From IMG/VR virus record IMGVR_UViG_3300033555_000001, positions 128,001-192,000 of that record: DNA of 64,000 bases; one strand, 5' to 3'. The notes beneath the pieces were generated by a model that worked only from the letters and a program-made list of their open reading frames with translations, was not told the origin of the DNA and made no database searches. Both the position numbers and the translations under genes were made by a program. The DNA is from a virus (lineage: Duplodnaviria; Caudoviricetes). Below are positions 8,699 to 17,087 of the stretch, one piece after another; the first letter of the stretch is position 1, and every line of letters begins with the position of its first letter.

Positions 8699-9064
8699 TT
8701 ATGGCCTTTCGTTAACCAAATCCAACGCTGACTTACAATCATTGCCAGGCGTGCTTGGGGTTTTTTTGTAAATGATTTTAGCTTGAGCTTTATTTTTTGC
8801 TGCTAGAGCGGTTGCTTTTTGAACTTCAATTCTGCCAGCCTCAACACGAGCATCCGTGTCTATTTTAAGCTGCGCAATGGCATCATTTTGAGACTTTAGC
8901 GTGGTTGACAAAATAGTGTTTTGCTGTGTCAAAGAGACTATTTCTTTGTTTAGGTTAACAATTTTTTTCTTTAGCCCGTTAACGTATAAAAAAGCTGCAC
9001 CCAGCACAAGAACAATCAAACCAACCCCAATTAGTCGGGTGTACAACGCAGACAATCCAAACAT
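8699..9064 (-). CDS. inner-membrane spanin (i-spanin, Rz-like)
   Basis: N-terminal transmembrane helix, coiled-coil body, C-terminal Cys; GGAG RBS. Confidence 0.8.
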   Translation of the reverse strand: MFGLSALYTRLIGVGLIVLVLGAAFLYVNGLKKKIVNLNKEIVSLTQQNTILSTTLKSQNDAIAQLKIDTDARVEAGRIEVQKATALAAKNKAQAKIIYKKTPSTPGNDCKSALDLVNERP

Positions 9065-9089
9065 ATGTTTCTCCTATATTATTGTTACT

Positions 9090-9317
9090 CTATGCCGTAT
9101 AACGAGCCACACCTGAATATGGCAGCGTGAAAAATATTGTTGTTGTGTTGTTATCAGCTGACATTTGAATATCGTACGGCATGAATTTCTGAACGGCGCC
9201 GTCGAATACCGAACTGATGTCGACAATAACTGGCTTACCAAGATTATGGCTAATGACCCATGTTGTTGCTGGAGTTGCTTGGACAAATGTAAAAACTGGC
9301 ATTCCTGAGATAAACAT
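9090..9317 (-). CDS. small single-domain HNLG beta-protein; paralog of the N-terminus of 9835..11169
   Basis: FVQATPATTWVISHNLGKPVIV...SADNNTTTIFF aligns with FVQGPPSKSWVINHNFGRPVIV...SADQNTTTILF. Confidence 0.75.
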   Translation of the reverse strand: MFISGMPVFTFVQATPATTWVISHNLGKPVIVDISSVFDGAVQKFMPYDIQMSADNNTTTIFFTLPYSGVARYTA

Positions 9318-9565
9318 TAGACCACCATAGCGATACCAGCTCGCGCAGATTGAAAGGTAACTACGGCAGTTGTATTATTGACGTACGAAATACCAAATGG
9401 AATAACCCTTGAAAGATTACCATCAACCGTAATGTAGACGTCAATAATTGGGTAATCATACAGCCCGTGATTAATTGTCCATACTGTCGCAGGAACTGCT
9501 TGCGTGTGTTGATAGCAAGTAGCAACGCGGCTTTGTAGAATCTGCCCAGTTGATCCTGTACTCAT
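9317..9565 (-). CDS. small single-domain HNLG-type protein; paralog of 11169..11414
   Basis: RVAT.YQHTQ..AT.W.I.H.LYD.PIIDVY is shared with 11169..11414; AAGGAG RBS. Confidence 0.75.
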   Translation of the reverse strand: MSTGSTGQILQSRVATCYQHTQAVPATVWTINHGLYDYPIIDVYITVDGNLSRVIPFGISYVNNTTAVVTFQSARAGIAMVV

Positions 9566-9577
9566 TTTTAGTGCTCC

Positions 9578-9673
9578 TTAGATTAGACGAGCGTAACCAG
9601 CCGTAGAGGAACTAAACGTGGCTGTCATTTGATTATTACTATCAACACGATTAGCATTACTGTAAAACTTCAC
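9578..9673 (-). pseudogene. internally deleted in-frame remnant (31 aa) of gene 11423..12025
   Basis: GTG-KFYSNAN is fused in frame to RVDSNNQMTATFSSSTAGYARLI*; the parent gene starts MKFYGNAN and ends HNSNNQVTLTFSTAVSGYARLI*. Confidence 0.75.
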
Positions 9674-9716
9674 GGTAATCCGTTATTGATTGGCACTGTG
9701 TGAAATTCATCAGATC

Positions 9717-9722
9717 TATTTA
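9717..9722 (-). promoter_or_regulatory. late promoter core TAAATA (duplicated copy)
   Basis: Context CAGATCTATTTA is the same as at 12069..12074. Confidence 0.55.
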
Positions 9723-9754
9723 CGATTATTTGCAATTATTTGCGGCATATACGA

Positions 9755-9779
9755 AGAAAGCGGCACTGGGCCGCTTTCT
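9755..9779 (-). terminator. intrinsic terminator-like hairpin (duplicated copy)
   Basis: AGAAAGCGGC-actgg-GCCGCTTTCT, 10-bp stem. Confidence 0.65.
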
Positions 9780-9834
9780 AATTACTTCTGAGTATTACTT
9801 AGACTGCAGCAAGACCCATGCTCCTATATTGTTA

Positions 9835-11169
9835 TTATCCTAAGTTACTAAACAGCTGCAGTTGTCCTGCTTTTGTTGTGACAACGTTAGCTTTAGTGGT
9901 CCAAGTTACTCCATCAGGCGAACTCTGCAGCGCGAACTCTTTTGCGTGATAACCGCTGTCGGCGTTGAAGGCTTCCATTCTGATTGACCTTACGGTTGCA
10001 GCACTAGCAAACTCAAGTTCCCAAAAAGTTGGGATTGTCGCGTTTGGCCCGTATGGGTCGTTTTGCCAGTAAGTAATTGTATTGTTATCATTAGCGTTTG
10101 ACGCCGGATATTGAGGAGGGGTTGTATTTGCAGAAGCGGTACCCACGATTCGCGCACCCGTACCATCAGTTGACTCGTAGAACGAGAACTCGCGAATGAT
10201 TTGGAGGTACGTGCCAAAATTGGCTTCCCAACTAGGTTGCGTTGCTAATAGTCTCCAGCGAGATGCGCCACTAACCACTAGAGGGCCGTTAGTGTATCCG
10301 CCTGCTCCAATTGGAAAAAAGCCCTCAGGATAACTTCCAGCAAATCCATTTGTTGAGGCAAACGACGAGGTTGGGTCAGCTACTAGTTTAAAACCATTAC
10401 CAATGGGGAGTTGATAATCATTTGTTACGGCCCAAAGATTACCAAGAGAATCTTTTTGATACGCAACTCCGGCGAGCGGACCGTCATACTTCATGCCATT
10501 GTGCAGCGTGGTCAAATACGAACCATTACTTTGTATACATCCACCTGCTGGCTGGGTACCCTCAGACCATGTATAAAGCCCACAAGGCGCATATGAGCCC
10601 GCACCAGGCGGCACGCTAAAGTTAATGCTTCCAGTGCCACCAGGACTGCTAATTTCAGCAATAATCTGATTTGCAAATGGCGCGTAATTTCGATAGGACT
10701 GAGTGTACTTATTGCTTATTGCCAAACCACGCTCGTTGAGCAGCATATATTCTGGAATGTCATTTTGATTAGCGTAAACATTACCGTTGTATCTACCGTA
10801 AGTTTCACCGGTAACAGGGTCAACAAACAGGGACTCAGTGAATTCAGCGCTAATCTGCTGTCGTGCTGATTGCACCTGATTTAAATCATGTTCGTGCTCG
10901 GACAACAGCACATAGTAATCTGTAGTTGGCTCAACAACATCGTAGCCGACAATCCTGGCCTCACCAAACAGCGGGCTGGCAAAAAGAATAGTAGTTGTGT
11001 TTTGGTCTGCCGAAGTTTGAACCGCTAGCGGGGTAATGGGCTTTAACACGCCGTTAAGTGTTGCCAACACTGTTACAATTACAGGCCTGCCAAAGTTATG
11101 ATTAATCACCCACGATTTAGAGGGCGGTCCTTGCACAAATGTATTGATAGGTAAGCCGGTTTTTGACAT
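9835..11169 (-). CDS. putative receptor-binding/adhesin protein: HNLG domain + central domain + C-terminal F5/8 type C (discoidin) domain
   Basis: C-terminal SNANDNNTITYW...WELEF...VRSIRM...FALQSSPDGVTWT is discoidin-like. Confidence 0.7.
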   Translation of the reverse strand: MSKTGLPINTFVQGPPSKSWVINHNFGRPVIVTVLATLNGVLKPITPLAVQTSADQNTTTILFASPLFGEARIVGYDVVEPTTDYYVLLSEHEHDLNQVQSARQQISAEFTESLFVDPVTGETYGRYNGNVYANQNDIPEYMLLNERGLAISNKYTQSYRNYAPFANQIIAEISSPGGTGSINFSVPPGAGSYAPCGLYTWSEGTQPAGGCIQSNGSYLTTLHNGMKYDGPLAGVAYQKDSLGNLWAVTNDYQLPIGNGFKLVADPTSSFASTNGFAGSYPEGFFPIGAGGYTNGPLVVSGASRWRLLATQPSWEANFGTYLQIIREFSFYESTDGTGARIVGTASANTTPPQYPASNANDNNTITYWQNDPYGPNATIPTFWELEFASAATVRSIRMEAFNADSGYHAKEFALQSSPDGVTWTTKANVVTTKAGQLQLFSNLG

Positions 11170-11414
11170 TAGATCACCAGTGCCACGCCTGAGCGTGCCT
11201 CTTGAAAAGTTACGTTAGCCACAGTATCACTTACGTGGGATATTGATGCAGGAACAATTTTAGTCAGTGTTCCGGCAATATCAGTATAAACGTCAATGAT
11301 TGGGAAATCATACAGCCGATGCTCAATTACCCAGGTTGTTGCTGCCGTAGTCTGTGTGTGTTGATACAGCGTGGCCACTCTTGGTGTAAGCTGGCCAGGT
11401 TTGTATGTTTTCAT
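11169..11414 (-). CDS. small single-domain HNLG-type virion accessory protein
   Basis: 81-aa ORF with TAATG coupling; paralog of 9317..9565. Confidence 0.75.
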   Translation of the reverse strand: MKTYKPGQLTPRVATLYQHTQTTAATTWVIEHRLYDFPIIDVYTDIAGTLTKIVPASISHVSDTVANVTFQEARSGVALVI

Positions 11415-11422
11415 CTCGACCT

Positions 11423-12025
11423 TTAGATCAAGCGCGCGTAACCAGAAACTGCCGTGCTGAAAGTAAGTGTTACTTGATTATTGCTGTTGTGTTCTACAGT
11501 AAGCGGCTGCACTTCGTTGGTGCCGACAAATGCGCGTACGATTGGCTGATAGCCCAAGTTGTGCAAGATGACCCACGATGTAGCTGGTGCTGATTGGTAA
11601 AATGTAAACGCGTATGTTGGTCTGCTTGCACCATCTGCATGGCCAGTAAGAATAACAGCACGACCAATTGCCAGCGCAGCAAGAGATACTTTTACTGAGT
11701 TTGGTGACAGTACTTCAATTTCGTCAGGAATAACAACGCGTGATAGCCCGTCGAATACTTGAATTTGTACCGAGGTAGTATTTAAGTTGTGAGCAATAAC
11801 CCATTCACCTGCAGCGACCGATTGGTTGTGTGTAAAAGAAGTAATTTCGCGGGTCATTGGTACCCATACTGGCAAATTATCAGTAAGACTCAGGCAAATA
11901 TAAACAATTTTGTTTACAAAGGCGATTTGACCAACCTTTGGTGATATTGGAAATGCTGTCTCAATTGGTAAAACTGCGTTTTGGAGTTCGTTCTGTTGTA
12001 GATTAGCGTTGCCGTAAAACTTCAT
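11423..12025 (-). CDS. virion accessory protein with two HNLG domains
   Basis: HNQSVAAGEWVIAHNLN and FYQSAPATSWVILHNLG repeats; AAGGA RBS. Confidence 0.75.
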   Translation of the reverse strand: MKFYGNANLQQNELQNAVLPIETAFPISPKVGQIAFVNKIVYICLSLTDNLPVWVPMTREITSFTHNQSVAAGEWVIAHNLNTTSVQIQVFDGLSRVVIPDEIEVLSPNSVKVSLAALAIGRAVILTGHADGASRPTYAFTFYQSAPATSWVILHNLGYQPIVRAFVGTNEVQPLTVEHNSNNQVTLTFSTAVSGYARLI

Positions 12026-12068
12026 GGTAATCCTTTATTAATTAGTAATGCGTGAAATTCATCAGATC

Positions 12069-12074
12069 TATTTA
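12069..12074 (-). promoter_or_regulatory. late promoter core TAAATA
   Basis: Intergenic, between the terminator and gene 11423..12025. Confidence 0.6.
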
Positions 12075-12096
12075 TGATTATTCGAGGCATATACAA

Positions 12097-12121
12097 AGAA
12101 AGCGGCACGGGGCCGCTTTCT
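12097..12121 (-). terminator. intrinsic terminator-like hairpin
   Basis: AGAAAGCGGC-acggg-GCCGCTTTCT, 20 nt after the fibre gene stop. Confidence 0.7.
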
Positions 12122-12140
12122 AATTACTTCTGAGCATTAC

Positions 12141-14171
12141 TTAGACTGCAGCAAGACCCATGATTACAACTTTACACGCAATTGCCGTGTTGAAAGTAAC
12201 TTCCAATGAGTTAGCAGTCAAGAACTTGATGCTTTGTGGAATGACAACTTCGTCAGTACCATCAACAACTGTTACGCTGCAGTACATCTGGCCAAGGCTG
12301 TGCGTTACGGTGTGTGTTGCTGCAGCGGTTGCGCCGTTGTACAAAAAGTACATTTTTCCAACGCGAGCATTAACAGCAGTAACACTGGCAGTAAGTACGC
12401 CTTCAGCAGCAGTAGCACGTGTAACTTCCGACGCAAGATCAGTACGCAGTACGCCTTCAGCAGCAGTAGCACGTGTAACTTCCGAAGAAATAGCTGCTGC
12501 GTTTGTTGCATCACCAGCAATACGAGCTGCAACTTCATTTGCAATATCAACTGCAAGTACGCCTTCAGCAGCAGTAGCACGTGTAACTTCCGACGCAAGA
12601 TCAGTACGCAGTACGCCTTCAGCAGCAATAGCGCGCGCTTCTTCCGTGTTAACGTCTGCAATACGTGCGGCCGTTTCTGCGGTGTCAGCGGCAGCGCGAT
12701 CAGTTGCCTCTTGCATGATGGCAGCAGCATTTACGCCTTCAGCCGTTGTGGCACGGGTTGTTTCTGCAGAAATTGCGGCAGTGTTATCAGAAATTGCCGT
12801 TTGAGTAGCTGCAGAGACAGCAATAGCATCAGCAGTTACTGTGATGGAACCATCAGCAGCAACAACATTAACAACATTACCAGTCTGCGTTAAACCATTA
12901 CCAGCAGTGACTGATCCAGCGCCGTTAAACTGAACAAAAGATACTGCAGTAGTACCAACAGTAACAACTTCCGCCGTTTGTGTAAAGCCCAGATCGGCGT
13001 TAACAGCACCTTCACGAACATAAACGCTGGCTGCATTAAACTCTGCGGCCAAGTCCATGTCTACTGAACGAGTCAGCGCGGCGCCTGTGCCATTGAAAAC
13101 ATAGATACCGTTTTCTGACAATATAGCTTGGGACCTAACCAACACGCGATCACCAGTAACAAGGGTTACACCGTCGTAGCCAGCAGCCGCAATAGCAAGA
13201 TCTATGTTACCAACTGTTGCTACGCGAACTGGATTTTTCCAGGAGAGACCCTGAACACGTGCGTTAAAGTCGGCTTCAATCGCTGTTTCGCGTGAAGTTG
13301 CGCGCGAGATCTCAGTTGCCAGGTTGCTAGCAATTAGCGCTTCAGCAGCAGTTGCACGTGTAACTTCAGCGTCGGTTGCAGCAGTTTGAGCAGTATCAGC
13401 GGCGGTTGAACGTGTAACTTCCGAAGCAAGATCAGTACGCAGTACGCCTTCAGCAGCACGAGCAGTACTTGCTTCAGCAGTAATAGCTGTTTGTAGTACC
13501 GTGTCAGCAGCAATACGATCTGCAACTTCAGTAGTAACACGACCATTGACCGTTGTTTCTGCCAGTGTAGCACGTGCAATTTCGCTAGCAATGTCAGCAG
13601 TAAGTACGCCTTCAGCAGCAGTTGCGCGGGTGATTTCAGAAGCTAGGTTACCGGCAATAACGCCTTCGGCGCCAGTTGCGCGAGTTGTTTCTGCAGAAAT
13701 TGCGGTAGCATTTGTTGCATCACCAGCAATACGAGCTGCAACTTCAGTAACAATCCGACCGTCTAACAGGGAATCGGCTGCAAGACGTGCTGCAACTTCA
13801 TCTGAGGTAGCAAGAACAGCTGCTGCAATCAGAGCTTGAATTTTTTCAAACAGATTTACTACTGATGTTGCGGTTGCCAGGTTACCAGTATAGGCGCCCG
13901 GAGCAAATGTACCATTTGAGTTCAGGCCAACAGCAGCTTCGATAGCATCAACTTCTGCCAACAGCGCAGTAGCGTCACCACCAGTAGCAAGTGGGATCCA
14001 GCTATCAGCAATACCGACATAGATAATGCCAGAACCGGTGACAAACAAGAGACGGCCGACGTTGCCAATTAGGCTGTTATGAACTGGTAGTACGCTTACT
14101 TTTTCAAGGCGAAGGTTTTGAATCTCTGACGCGCTTGAGCCGTCAAATACTAATGAGCCATTAATTTTCAT
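12141..14171 (-). CDS. coiled-coil tail/head fibre protein
   Basis: Ala/Thr/Glu repeats (EVTRATAAEGVLRTDLAS) flank a WKNPVRVAT...DGVTL..GDRVLV..Q...ENGIY fibre domain; C-terminal HSLG domain. Confidence 0.8.
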   Translation of the reverse strand: MKINGSLVFDGSSASEIQNLRLEKVSVLPVHNSLIGNVGRLLFVTGSGIIYVGIADSWIPLATGGDATALLAEVDAIEAAVGLNSNGTFAPGAYTGNLATATSVVNLFEKIQALIAAAVLATSDEVAARLAADSLLDGRIVTEVAARIAGDATNATAISAETTRATGAEGVIAGNLASEITRATAAEGVLTADIASEIARATLAETTVNGRVTTEVADRIAADTVLQTAITAEASTARAAEGVLRTDLASEVTRSTAADTAQTAATDAEVTRATAAEALIASNLATEISRATSRETAIEADFNARVQGLSWKNPVRVATVGNIDLAIAAAGYDGVTLVTGDRVLVRSQAILSENGIYVFNGTGAALTRSVDMDLAAEFNAASVYVREGAVNADLGFTQTAEVVTVGTTAVSFVQFNGAGSVTAGNGLTQTGNVVNVVAADGSITVTADAIAVSAATQTAISDNTAAISAETTRATTAEGVNAAAIMQEATDRAAADTAETAARIADVNTEEARAIAAEGVLRTDLASEVTRATAAEGVLAVDIANEVAARIAGDATNAAAISSEVTRATAAEGVLRTDLASEVTRATAAEGVLTASVTAVNARVGKMYFLYNGATAAATHTVTHSLGQMYCSVTVVDGTDEVVIPQSIKFLTANSLEVTFNTAIACKVVIMGLAAV
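12394..12627. repeat. 54-bp-period coding repeats including a perfect 72-bp direct repeat (12394..12465 = 12556..12627)
   Basis: Direct base-by-base comparison; a related copy lies near 13.41-13.46 kb. Confidence 0.85.
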
Positions 14172-14207
14172 TTAGAAGTCCTCAGTGGGTGAAATTATAC
14201 GGGCGAA

Positions 14208-14435
14208 TTAAAGAATTCGCTTTGTTGCCGTGGTCAGTGCTTTGACCGCGTTGTTAAGTGCTACGGGCTCTACTAATGCCTGCCCAAGGTTAAACTCAGT
14301 GAGATACTCCGTGTCAACGTCTGCAAAGCAGAAGATTCCGCGTTTCCCATCTTTTTCAATTTTGTCTAGCTTAAACCCTTTTACTTTAAGAGCTGCCGCC
14401 AACACAATATCGCTTGTTTCGAGGTGTTGTTTCAT
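14208..14435 (-). CDS. DUF5659-like small protein
   Basis: Start moved to MKQHLETSDIVLAAALKVKGF; GIFCF and ALVEP motifs. Confidence 0.6.
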   Translation of the reverse strand: MKQHLETSDIVLAAALKVKGFKLDKIEKDGKRGIFCFADVDTEYLTEFNLGQALVEPVALNNAVKALTTATKRIL

Positions 14436-14461
14436 GAGTACGCCGTTATTTGGTATCCAGG

Positions 14462-14467
14462 TATTTA
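14462..14467 (-). promoter_or_regulatory. late promoter core TAAATA
   Basis: CTAAATAC, 27 nt upstream of the ATG at 14435. Confidence 0.55.
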
Positions 14468-14481
14468 GTATTATCTGGGTT

Positions 14482-15420
14482 TTAGAACAGCAAAACAATT
14501 GCACGGCCAACAGCCGCAGTGTTGAATTTAACTAGCACAGCGTTTTCATCAACAATTCTAATTTCATCAGGCAGCACCTGCACATCGTCTGCGTCGTAAA
14601 TGGTAACTGTTGGTCGCCGCGAGTTTTTGTTGTGATTAATTAACCACTCAACCGCGGCAACAGTTTGAATGTGCTCCCAAGTTTTGATTGAGCCATTAAG
14701 TTGCGCGTCTATTGAGACCAGCGCTTGCTCTACCGTGTCTCCGACAATTTTCTGGAATGGACCAGCTGCGCTAATTTGCGCAGCGCTGTGCTTAATTCCG
14801 GTTGAGCTTAAGTGCGCTGCAAGATCCGAAACGCTAACACCATTAATTAGGCCAAGCAAGCTAATGTCACCACCGACATTTAGCGATCTAATAAATGTAC
14901 CGCCTGCGCCATCGATGCTGAATACTGGCTGACCACCGGAAACTGATCTAATTATTACCAAATTAGACGTCATTGATACGCCGGCAAGTGGCTCAATAAC
15001 TAAAGCAGTACTGGCTGATCCTGGCGGATTAATAATCAGTTGATCTAGATTACTAATTGTGCCTTCAATAACGGTGCTTGATCCAAGCACTTCCAAATCA
15101 CCAGAGATGGTAACTTTTCCTGACGCTGCGTCAACACTAAAAAATTTATTGTTTAGCGCGTTAAGAACAAAGGGTTTATTTGTGCTGAGGTTAATTGCCC
15201 CAGTCTGTGAATTAGAGTACACCGCTTGCAGCGCAATCCCATTCCCTGTGCCGCCACCGTCGCTTGAAGTACCGTCGCTAAACATCAGCGATCGGCCGCC
15301 CACCGTGAATATTGGGCCTGTTACACCACCTATATTAGCAATGCCATGGTCAGGAACAAGACCTAGTTCACCAGACTCACTGTTAAGATAAATTAAATTG
15401 AAAGCGGGTTTTTTGCTCAT
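14482..15420 (-). CDS. virion structural protein with a C-terminal HNLG-type domain
   Basis: Gly-rich beta segments; WEHIQTVAAVEWLINHNKNSRRPTVTIYD at the C-terminus. Confidence 0.65.
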   Translation of the reverse strand: MSKKPAFNLIYLNSESGELGLVPDHGIANIGGVTGPIFTVGGRSLMFSDGTSSDGGGTGNGIALQAVYSNSQTGAINLSTNKPFVLNALNNKFFSVDAASGKVTISGDLEVLGSSTVIEGTISNLDQLIINPPGSASTALVIEPLAGVSMTSNLVIIRSVSGGQPVFSIDGAGGTFIRSLNVGGDISLLGLINGVSVSDLAAHLSSTGIKHSAAQISAAGPFQKIVGDTVEQALVSIDAQLNGSIKTWEHIQTVAAVEWLINHNKNSRRPTVTIYDADDVQVLPDEIRIVDENAVLVKFNTAAVGRAIVLLF

Positions 15421-17063
15421 GGTTTTACCACAATCGTGACGCTTTGTGAATTATCGCCCGGAGTGTTGTCAACCTCTGGTGACACTGCAGTGCCTTCAAT
15501 CTGTATTGCTGAAGCGCTAGATGTTCCGACCGCATTTAATATCGCTGTGGCGCTCTGACCGCTGCCAAGAGGAATGCGCGGTAAGCTAACAACCGTAAGT
15601 ACTCCCTCTGTCAGAACAGTAGTACCAGCCGGAGAATTTGTTATTGTAACTGCAGTGCCATTATTTGAGCGCAGCTTGATTACTCGCTGCACCTCAGTAG
15701 CCGGAAGTAATCCGTCGTTTGTAGTTATTACTTGAAACGCGAACTGTGCACCGCCAATGATTTGTGTAGGCGCATTAAAGGAGAGACCCAGATTAACAGT
15801 TGCACCCTGCTGCGGGGCAGTAACGGTAATAATATTAGACTTTATTTCGTCATCAAAACCAAACTGATTAATGGCGCGTAGCCGCACAGTATAGATACCA
15901 GGTGTGGCAAAAGTCCACACGGGATTTGTGGCTGTTTCGTCAACAAAGCCGTCATTTGTAAAATCCCACTGCAGCGTTGTAGCATCAATTGATGTATTTG
16001 TAAAGCTCACGACCAGCGGAGCAACACCAGATAATACGCTTGCTGTAAACTGCGCTGTTGGGGCTTGCGTTGGCGGTATTTCTGGAACAGGCACATCCAG
16101 GGGATTAGACAGCACAACAACTTGTTTAATGTCCATCATAATAGCGTTGACATCATACACAAACCCTACTTGCTGTAACACGCCGGTTCTTGGCGGGCGC
16201 AGTGTTACTTGCCCTGTTGCACCACAAAATACCGGTCGATTGATTTCATCGTCGGTAAATGTCCAATCATCAGATCTGACAACTCCACGTGTAATGACTT
16301 GCTCAACTTCACCCTCGTACATGTCGGTCGTAATAATACCAGAAACTCTGGTTGTGTAATCTGTACTGCGCGCCAGGAATAATCTGCGACCTTTTCTTAA
16401 CTGCACCAGTGAGAACTGCGGCAGCTCCTCTGCCGCCTGGCCGCTCATGATTGGCTCTTCAAGACGCGTTGAAGTAGTGCCTAAATTAACTACGTTGAGC
16501 CAAGAGACCGTTGTAACAAAGGTGCCGTTGCTCTGTCTTAGAGGAGAACCTAAGCTGTCAAGAACAATATGACCGCCCTCAGTGTCTCCAACCAGCCCTG
16601 CCTCTGAGCCAACGCGTGCAGGATGAACCACGGCGTTAGATGTTACTGAACCCGCAAACACCCGCAGCTTCTCTACCCACTTAGTACCATTAAACACCCG
16701 CCCAATATTTTCAACCGTGTCAAACCAATACTGATCTGGTGCGGGTGCAGTTGGAGCTGATGAGGTGTATATAGGCGGGAGAAGTGTAATACTGCGGGTG
16801 AGCGTACCTGTCATAAGACTTAAGTCCCAGTACAGGTATTTTGTTCCCGGTCCAGAGAGCGGACCCCACGCACGGGGCACCGTTCTTAATTCTTCAACTA
16901 TGTAAGTGCTAGCGCGATGGGCAAAGGAGAGTATTGTTTGATCTGGCGAGACAATTAAATCAATAAATTGCCCGCCTGATGCAGTAGACCGCTGCAGAAA
17001 AATAGCATTTCCGCTAACGTCTGTTTGGTGTCTAACTATTCCTTGTCTAAAATTTAATTTCAC
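15417..17063 (-). CDS. putative decoration protein: DUF2190-like cement domain + PKD + DUF11 Ig-like domains
   Basis: PKD motif PTAQFTAS..SGVAPLVVSFTNTS...WDF...NPVWTFATPGIYTVRL; DUF11-like TNDG..PAT.V...DNTPGDNS. Confidence 0.7.
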   Translation of the reverse strand: MKLNFRQGIVRHQTDVSGNAIFLQRSTASGGQFIDLIVSPDQTILSFAHRASTYIVEELRTVPRAWGPLSGPGTKYLYWDLSLMTGTLTRSITLLPPIYTSSAPTAPAPDQYWFDTVENIGRVFNGTKWVEKLRVFAGSVTSNAVVHPARVGSEAGLVGDTEGGHIVLDSLGSPLRQSNGTFVTTVSWLNVVNLGTTSTRLEEPIMSGQAAEELPQFSLVQLRKGRRLFLARSTDYTTRVSGIITTDMYEGEVEQVITRGVVRSDDWTFTDDEINRPVFCGATGQVTLRPPRTGVLQQVGFVYDVNAIMMDIKQVVVLSNPLDVPVPEIPPTQAPTAQFTASVLSGVAPLVVSFTNTSIDATTLQWDFTNDGFVDETATNPVWTFATPGIYTVRLRAINQFGFDDEIKSNIITVTAPQQGATVNLGLSFNAPTQIIGGAQFAFQVITTNDGLLPATEVQRVIKLRSNNGTAVTITNSPAGTTVLTEGVLTVVSLPRIPLGSGQSATAILNAVGTSSASAIQIEGTAVSPEVDNTPGDNSQSVTIVVKP

Positions 17064-17087
17064 GTTTTGCCTTAACGGTGTGTCCCC

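Larger units (their letters stand above)
9071..9820. repeat. short copy (unit B) of a tandemly duplicated fibre-accessory cassette
   Basis: Begins CTCCTATATT and ends TTAGACTGCAGCAAGACCCATG, exactly as unit A; the intergenic DNA is nearly identical to about 12.00-12.16 kb. Confidence 0.8.
9821..12162. repeat. long copy (unit A) of a tandemly duplicated fibre-accessory cassette
   Basis: Same termini as unit B; three genes paralogous to the unit B genes in the same order. Confidence 0.8.

Noticed and set aside
9799-9830. Mini-ORF MGLAAV preceded by GGAG
   Set aside because: The GGAG is only 1 nt from the ATG; it is the duplication junction (spanin RBS copy abutting the fibre gene end), not a plausible initiation site.
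9071-12162. Duplicated segments as template/variable repeats of a diversity-generating retroelement
   Set aside because: There is no reverse transcriptase in the window, differences are not confined to adenines, and the best-conserved part is non-coding.
12160-12893. Long antisense or alternate-frame ORFs over the fibre gene (12160..12804, 12234..12893, 13501..13839)
   Set aside because: They are shadows of the Ala/Thr-rich repeat coding strand, with low-complexity translations and no RBS.
12382-13700. Regularly spaced repeats that could be mistaken for a CRISPR array
   Set aside because: They are in-frame coding repeats inside the fibre ORF with no unique spacers, and no cas operon is present. 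The Cas4-like protein at 2028 is an ordinary phage exonuclease.
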